A stretch of DNA of 20,973 nt from a virus (lineage: Duplodnaviria; Heunggongvirae; Uroviricota; Caudoviricetes). Positions 16,299 through 20,973 of this stretch are shown piece after piece; positions within the stretch are counted from its first letter, which is position 1; every line of letters begins with the position of its first letter. Both the position numbers and the translations under genes were made by a program. The notes beneath the pieces are model-generated. The model searched no databases and was not told the origin of the DNA. It saw only the letters and a list, made by a program, of their open reading frames with translations. The stretch is taken from positions 1 to 20,973 of the IMG/VR virus record IMGVR_UViG_2778261696_000009; one strand, 5' to 3'.

Positions 16299-16682
16299 TT
16301 AGTTAGAACGTTTGTTAGAAGCTAATGTATCTTCTAAATGAGCCATCAGATCGACTTCCGATGCACCACCTACACAATTATTGAAAGCGTTAAATCCCAA
16401 AAAATGATGATAGGAGCTAAACCCTAAAAGCTGCCAACGTTTCAGAGTGCCATCAGAAATGATAGTTTGTTTTCTTGTTCTTGGGCGAAAGTAAACGCCT
16501 GGCATTGATTGGATTATTTCTAATTCTTCATCACTTAATTCAGGGGATTCTGTTTCAAGAATAAAGATTATCTCTTCCCCTGGAATTTCGTTATTGGTGT
16601 GTGTCGGTGGACGTTGTCTTTTTGAATTGAAATTACTGTTTTTTTCAATACGTTTTAAGTTGTTCTTTTTCTTTCTTCCCAT
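16299..16682 (-). CDS. Hypothetical protein (127 aa) with a highly basic N-terminus
   Basis: RBS AGAGGGA upstream of the ATG. N-terminus MGRKKKNNLKRIEKNSNFNSKRQRP is Lys/Arg-rich, suggesting a nucleic-acid-binding tail. Confidence 0.5.
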   Translation of the reverse strand: MGRKKKNNLKRIEKNSNFNSKRQRPPTHTNNEIPGEEIIFILETESPELSDEELEIIQSMPGVYFRPRTRKQTIISDGTLKRWQLLGFSSYHHFLGFNAFNNCVGGASEVDLMAHLEDTLASNKRSN

Positions 16683-16779
16683 TTTTCCCTCTTTTTATGT
16701 GGATTATAAAAACTGGACGCCATTGTTACGATGAATATCGCCATAAATGCATTTGCCATATGTATTGCCCGATCTGTTG

Positions 16780-17049
16780 TTATTGATTGTTTGTGAGAAA
16801 CAATTCAAAATCTTTGTTTAATTTCAAAAGACGAAATGTAGTGCTGTTAATCCCTTCATAATCCAGCACACCGAACGATGTAAAATGATTTAACCAATGA
16901 TTTACGTGTTGTGCGCTGTAGCCGCCTAAACTACAAAAGCTAACCACTGTCGGTGGTGAAAACTCTATGTCCAAAATAGCTTTTAAAATGTTGTATCCGC
17001 TTTCAGTTATTTCAATAGTTTTGTTTCCTATAGTGATGTTATAAGTCAT
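16780..17049 (-). CDS. Small hypothetical protein (89 aa)
   Basis: AAGGAG RBS 7 nt upstream of the ATG; immediately downstream of the winged-helix gene. Confidence 0.5.
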   Translation of the reverse strand: MTYNITIGNKTIEITESGYNILKAILDIEFSPPTVVSFCSLGGYSAQHVNHWLNHFTSFGVLDYEGINSTTFRLLKLNKDFELFLTNNQ

Positions 17050-17058
17050 TTATTCTCC

Positions 17059-17727
17059 TTAGAAGGGTAGTGAATCATATATTGTGCTCTCACTTTTGAG
17101 ATCAATTATCAAAGAGTCAAAATCATTTTCACAAAGATAGATATTCTTTGAATCTAATGCTCGTTTTACAAAATCTTCTGTTTCTTCGTGCGGTGGTTTC
17201 TTCTTATCAAGGGAAAGAAGCCAAGTAAAAATTTCGGGCCGCTCAGGGAACTCTGGCTCTTGTGTTTCTTCTTCAACGATGATTTCGGAAACATTCAATA
17301 TTTCATTAGATTCGTCTTCTTTCTCAGAAGGATCAGGTAGTGATGACTCTCCAGGGGGAGTAATATGTGCATCTGTGAATGGTAATGCTTTATAGAGTGA
17401 TGTTTGCCCGTCCCGAGCCTCTACAGAAAGAACTCCCATATCAACAAACATATTTATAATATTGCGAACCTGGCGATCACTAACCATTCCAATATTAGAT
17501 AATGTTTTTTGAGTGGCGTAACATTCTTGCCCTTGTTCATTGAATCCAGCTATATAGCTATAGATTTCAACGGCTGGCAGTGTAGCGGTGTATTCATTAC
17601 CTGACGGTGAGAACCACTTTTTAAACATCTTCAACCACTGCTCAACGACTACATATTTTTGTTTACCATCTTTCTGATTTAGACATTTGGCTTTCGCTTC
17701 GGCAATTGTTTTGATATTTTTGATCAT
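17059..17727 (-). CDS. Winged-helix DNA-binding protein, replication-initiator / replisome-organiser-like (222 aa)
   Basis: AAGGAGG RBS 6 nt upstream of the ATG. Central segment QKTLSNIGMVSDRQVRNIINMFVDMGVLSVEARDG looks like a winged HTH of Rep/DnaD-type initiators, followed by an acidic C-terminal tail. Confidence 0.6.
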   Translation of the reverse strand: MIKNIKTIAEAKAKCLNQKDGKQKYVVVEQWLKMFKKWFSPSGNEYTATLPAVEIYSYIAGFNEQGQECYATQKTLSNIGMVSDRQVRNIINMFVDMGVLSVEARDGQTSLYKALPFTDAHITPPGESSLPDPSEKEDESNEILNVSEIIVEEETQEPEFPERPEIFTWLLSLDKKKPPHEETEDFVKRALDSKNIYLCENDFDSLIIDLKSESTIYDSLPF

Positions 17728-17851
17728 TTAGTTCCTCCTTTGTAAGGACTGTAATTAGTAATTCATTAACAAGTTTTGGAATTGATTTCCCTTCTGCCTT
17801 TGCACGATTTAACAACGCGTTATAAGTTGCAGAATCAAAATTAATATTCAT
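17663..17851 (-). CDS. Ribbon-helix-helix (CopG/Arc/ParG-like) DNA-binding protein
   Basis: N-terminal SATYNALLNRAKAEGKSIPKLVNELL fits a beta-strand plus two helices RHH signature. GGAGAAGGAG RBS upstream. The 3' 65 nt overlap the start of the downstream gene. Confidence 0.55.
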   Translation of the reverse strand: MNINFDSATYNALLNRAKAEGKSIPKLVNELLITVLTKEELNDQKYQNNCRSESQMSKSERW

Positions 17852-17874
17852 TTGGTTTTCTCCTTCTCCTGTTA

Positions 17875-18057
17875 TTATTCTTTCTCTGCTCCTGCCTTAC
17901 GCAGTTCATCAATAATTTTTAGTGCATCGTCAAAACATTTTTCACGCTCTGGATAACCACAGCGTCGCGCTGTGTTCCTATTCATTCTTACCCTAAAGCG
18001 GTTGATCTCACCACGTTTCCAGGCTTCAACTACATCTTGAGAAGTGAAATACTTCAC
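17875..18057 (-). CDS. Small protein (60 aa), first gene of the regulatory operon (GTG start)
   Basis: GGAGG RBS 7 nt upstream of the GTG at 18057; candidate sigma70 promoter ~115 nt upstream. Confidence 0.45.
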   Translation of the reverse strand: MKYFTSQDVVEAWKRGEINRFRVRMNRNTARRCGYPEREKCFDDALKIIDELRKAGAEKE

Positions 18058-18180
18058 TAATTAACCTCCTATTCTATTTGGTTAAAAGAAAAAGACACCT
18101 TGCAAGCCTCTTGGGCTTCAAAGTGCGGTGCATTGGTTTAATTATTTAGAGGATAGGAATGTTTTCCTGTCCCTAATATT

Positions 18181-18209
18181 ACTTTACCATAACTAAAGGC
18201 TTTTGTCAA
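18181..18209 (-). promoter_or_regulatory. Candidate sigma70 promoter for the minus-strand regulatory operon (TTGACA-N17-TAAAGT)
   Basis: On the minus strand: -35 TTGACA (plus 18204-18209), 17-nt spacer, -10 TAAAGT (plus 18181-18186). A dyad AGGAA-N4-TTCCT at 18155-18168 lies just downstream and could be an operator. Confidence 0.35.
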
Positions 18210-18542
18210 CCCCCGCCCATAAAATATTGATCATTTTTCAGTATGTTATGATTTTGCTTAGCAATTCGTGCTCTTCTGTGTGATGCTATTCTTCCTTATT
18301 CTCTAAAACGCGTTCTAACGAGGTTTTGATAAAAACAATACATTCCCTTATGTAATGACAGTTTAGCTCGCCAGAGGTTTATTTAAGGGGCTTATTTTGT
18401 ATTTGTTAGGTATATGAAAAGGAGATGATAGATAAACTCTAATTTCAGACACCTTATAAAATACCTGTAAAGCTCCTCAGAAGCTCTATAATGAGCTAAT
18501 CTATTACCGCTAAGGTTTCCCTGCCTTATATACGTTTAGCTC

Positions 18543-18809
18543 GCCTACGGCTTGATTTAAGCGGTAGAAACTTATTTAACCTTCAACTACTAAAACCATT
18601 CTTTCTTTTTTGTTTGTTGTTGGTTGTTGTCTGTGTCTATGTGCTAACATCGCTAACGCGTAGCACACAAGGTTATTGCACTCGTCAGAGTATTGCACAA
18701 TAGATTTTCTCTTAAATAGATTGATGATCGTTAGATTGGCGTAAGCCTCATCAATGGAACTATTGAAGCGCACAGCGCAAGACTATTTAGCCTTACGCAA
18801 GCCGTAGGC
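18543..18809. repeat. Perfect 12-bp inverted repeat pair (GCCTACGGCTTG / CAAGCCGTAGGC) flanking ~240 bp
   Basis: GCCTACGGCTTG at 18543-18554 and its exact reverse complement at 18798-18809; flanking bases extend the match imperfectly. A related direct repeat GTTTAGCTCGCC occurs at 18361-18372 and 18534-18545. Confidence 0.5.
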
Positions 18810-18893
18810 TATTTGCACATAGTAGATTACATATTCGTTGTGAGCGGCATTAGCGAACATAGATCTACTAACTAACATCAACAAACAAAAACT
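18607..18893. repeat. Imperfect ~55-bp inverted repeat pair (TTTTTGTTTGTTG... arms)
   Basis: 18607-18660 versus the reverse complement of 18836-18893: the first 13 nt are identical (TTTTTGTTTGTTG), then partial identity including CTATGT and CGCTAA. Confidence 0.4.
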
Positions 18894-19040
18894 ATGTGTT
18901 ATGACAAGCAGTCTAACGACTAACACTCTAACTTGTGCAAGGTTCTGGCGAATGCCAATAGATTAAGGGTATAATTATTCTTATAAAGATAAAAAAGAAT
19001 TATATTATATAGTTTAATTGTAGTTTAATTATAGTATTGT

Positions 19041-19140
19041 CGGAAATCATTTCCTAGGTGATAGGAACTCATTTCCTAGGTAGGTAGGAAACCACTTCCA
19101 CGGTTATTTCCTAAATAGATCGGAACTCATTTCCCAGGTG
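19041..19140. repeat. Iteron array: 4-5 tandem ~22-bp repeats with a palindromic core GGAAATCATTTCC
   Basis: Units at 19041-19060 (cGGAAATCATTTCCtaggtg), 19063-19082 (aGGAACTCATTTCCtaggta), 19086-19105 (aGGAAACCACTTCCacggtt), a partial unit at 19106-19118, and 19121-19140 (cGGAACTCATTTCCcaggtg). Each carries the dyad GGAA-N5-TTCC. Confidence 0.6.
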
Positions 19141-19646
19141 TTATTTATACTTATCGGGTATCAGACTTGATAGGGGTAGCTCACAGTGACCTACCGTTAC
19201 ATCCAATCATCACATAGCATCTGTGCAATGATCTTCTAAAAGTGTTTCTTGCTACCAAAATTAAACATCTAAAACAGGCTTAAATTCAATGTAATTGATG
19301 ATTAATCCCTGTGTAATTCCTACGTAAAAATCCAATGAAAAGTAGCTTAAAAAGTGCAATGTTAGCTTTCTTCACTTTTACATCACTTTCGCAAAGCCTT
19401 GTGTAATACGGCTTACAGAGCACTATCAGAAATTGTTGATTAAAAATCAATCTATTATTTGTCGAACAAGTTTCCTTTAATGCAACAAAAAATTATTTTT
19501 TCAAAATAAACACACTATTTAATAGCTTGCTAATTTTACCAAAATGTAACTACATGATTCTCATGCAAGACGTGTAGTGATAAAGCAGGCTAAATCACCA
19601 CACTAAAAACCTTCGAATTTCGTAGTGAAAAAAGTCCTTTACACAC

Positions 19647-19689
19647 CTAATCAACACGATCAATAATCACTACACACAAATCAACACAG
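19647..19689 (+). promoter_or_regulatory. Direct AATCAACAC repeats immediately upstream of the serine recombinase gene
   Basis: AATCAACAC at 19649-19657 and 19679-19687, with ATCAATAATCAC between. Position suggests a promoter/operator or recombinase binding site. Confidence 0.3.
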
Positions 19690-19696
19690 AAGGAAA

Positions 19697-20254
19697 ATGA
19701 AAATGGCTAATATTGGATACATTAGGGTATCGACTGTGCAACAAAACACAGACCGTCAATTAGCTGGAGTAACTCTTGATAAAGTCTTTGAAGATAAAGC
19801 GTCAGGCAAGAACACTCAGCGCCCACAGTTTGAGGCAATGATGAACTATGTGCGGGAGGGTGACGTGTTACACGTCCATAGTATTGATCGCCTTTGTCGT
19901 AATACAGCCGACCTTCTGGCAACGGTTGAGCAATTAACAGAGCGCGGCGTGTCTGTGCATTTCCATAAAGAAGACTTTAAGACAGGGAAGAACTCTCCCG
20001 CAGGGAATATGATGCTCACAGTGCTTGCAGCAGTGGCACAAATGGAACGTGAAATGATGCTTGAGCGGCAGCGTGAGGGGATCGCCGCAGCTAAGGCCGC
20101 TGGACGTATAGCAAAACGTGGTAATGGAAAAGCAATTGATCGAGCGGGAATTGTTGCCGCTCTCGCGAATGGTGGATCAATTCGGAGCGTAGCAAAAGAT
20201 TTCAGTGTCAGCACACAGACGGTGCAACGTATCAAGAAAGAGCAGGAAGCGTAA
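19697..20254 (+). CDS. Serine recombinase (resolvase / DNA invertase family)
   Basis: N-terminal IGYIRVSTVQQNTDRQ contains the catalytic Ser in the Y-x-R-V-S-T context typical of resolvase/invertases. C-terminal GGSIRSVAKDFSVSTQTVQRIKK is an HTH. ~185 aa. The more likely start is the second ATG at 19703 (AGGA RBS). Confidence 0.85.
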   Translation: MKMANIGYIRVSTVQQNTDRQLAGVTLDKVFEDKASGKNTQRPQFEAMMNYVREGDVLHVHSIDRLCRNTADLLATVEQLTERGVSVHFHKEDFKTGKNSPAGNMMLTVLAAVAQMEREMMLERQREGIAAAKAAGRIAKRGNGKAIDRAGIVAALANGGSIRSVAKDFSVSTQTVQRIKKEQEA

Positions 20255-20490
20255 TGCCTCCTGATATTTGAGAATTGTCGCTGCGTGGACCTGACGCCGC
20301 TGATCTTCGCGTTAAACATTGATCACGTCTGCGCCGATTTCAGAGAAAAAGACAGTAACTGAACTCACTATGAAGGCTAAACGTATCTTTACACTTGATG
20401 AAAACGTTCAAAAAACAACCTAACCCCAAAATTCAACAAATTGCAACACATTGTTTTTTAAAAGAAAATTAAATCTACATCAAATATTGG

Positions 20491-20519
20491 TTGACGTAGA
20501 TTGAGGTGAATAGTAGACT
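20491..20519 (+). promoter_or_regulatory. Candidate sigma70 promoter (TTGACG-N17-TAGACT)
   Basis: -35 TTGACG at 20491-20496, 17-nt spacer, -10 TAGACT at 20514-20519; ~75 nt upstream of the small ORF at 20596. Confidence 0.35.
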
Positions 20520-20595
20520 ATTAGGGTAAATTACCATCCTTGTAACATCATTTAATGCATGTTCTAATCTTCCTATCGTAAAACCGGAGGAAGTT

Positions 20596-20754
20596 ATGCA
20601 TTTACTTTCAAAACATCTTCACACTATTCACTTTCTCGTTATTGATGTATTCGTTGTGGCTATTAGTTACCGCATTTGCATCGCTTCCAGTGAAGAGATG
20701 GACGCTGTTGCAATTATTGCTCAAGCAATGGCGATGTTAACTAAACGACTTTAA
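20596..20754 (+). CDS. Small hydrophobic protein (52 aa), below the ORF-track size cutoff
   Basis: ATG preceded by GGAGG at a 6-nt spacer. Product MHLLSKHLHTIHFLVIDVFVVAISYRICIASSEEMDAVAIIAQAMAMLTKRL has a hydrophobic, possibly membrane-spanning core. Confidence 0.4.
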   Translation: MHLLSKHLHTIHFLVIDVFVVAISYRICIASSEEMDAVAIIAQAMAMLTKRL

Positions 20755-20820
20755 TAATTTCACTATCAGGTGCATAAACACATCTTTGATCGCTGGATGT
20801 GTTATGCGCCTACTGGTGGT

Positions 20821-20973
20821 TCAATCCTTAAGCCATTTCAACTCACTAAGGAGTTTTCTTTCTTCGTTCTCTCGCTGTTTACGCTCTAGCCAGGCTTTTC
20901 CTTCTGGCGTAGACAGGAACTTACGAGCGTGAATCTTGCGGTTATTACGTTTGATAGCTGCAATGTTTTTCAT
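20821..20973 (-). CDS. Small basic protein (at least 50 aa); ATG at the window edge, may extend beyond the window
   Basis: Minus-strand ORF: MKNIAAIKRNNRKIHARKFLSTPEGKAWLERKQRENEERKLLSELKWLKD, stop at 20821-20823. Upstream context is not visible. Confidence 0.3.
   Translation of the reverse strand: MKNIAAIKRNNRKIHARKFLSTPEGKAWLERKQRENEERKLLSELKWLKD

Larger units (their letters stand above)
8728..20254. mobile_element. Second AT-rich integrative element (tyrosine integrase, structural-looking and regulatory operons, iterons, serine recombinase); boundaries undefined
   Basis: Contiguous AT-rich block whose gene content is typical of a small prophage, satellite or integrative plasmid-like element. 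The right boundary is probably outside the window. Confidence 0.35.

Noticed and set aside
18576-18773. 65-aa minus-strand ORF in the inverted-repeat region
   Set aside because: Lies entirely within the repeat-rich intergenic segment, with no convincing RBS. The open frame is more likely a by-product of the repeats, although translation cannot be excluded.
19041-19140. Possibility that the tandem ~22-bp repeats are a CRISPR array
   Set aside because: Units are contiguous with no unique spacers of comparable length, there are only 4-5 degenerate copies, each unit is itself palindromic, and no cas genes are nearby. This is the behaviour of iterons or operators, not CRISPR repeats.
19722-20319. 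Minus-strand ORFs 19722-19922 and 19846-20319 overlapping the serine recombinase
   Set aside because: Antisense to a recombinase ORF with clear catalytic and HTH motifs.

Overview
Read by eye from the sequence and ORF track only; no searches were run. The window starts in the 3' end of a host LysR-type regulator gene and then crosses two adjacent mobile elements. (1) About 537-8670 is an integrated P4-like satellite prophage: crr-like iteron repeats (TGTTCACC), an alpha primase-helicase (777 aa), a small ORF in the epsilon position, a single-domain Ogr/Delta zinc-finger activator, Psu, and a degenerate cos-like site. In its psu-int variable hotspot sits an AT-rich two-gene cargo: a 542-aa reverse transcriptase with an extra C-terminal domain and an ATGA-coupled 246-aa partner of unknown family, immediately downstream of and overlapping the P4-type integrase gene. 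This RT+partner module is the strongest candidate for an undescribed RT-based antiphage system. Candidate att direct repeats (17 of 18 nt) flank the element. (2) About 8700-20973 is a second AT-rich element: a divergently oriented tyrosine integrase, a structural-looking operon (decoration-like, capsid-like, coiled-coil/Gly-rich proteins), a tightly coupled operon of small proteins including RHH and winged-helix proteins, a palindromic iteron array, an inverted-repeat-rich intergenic region and a serine recombinase. No tRNA, rRNA or CRISPR array was recognised.
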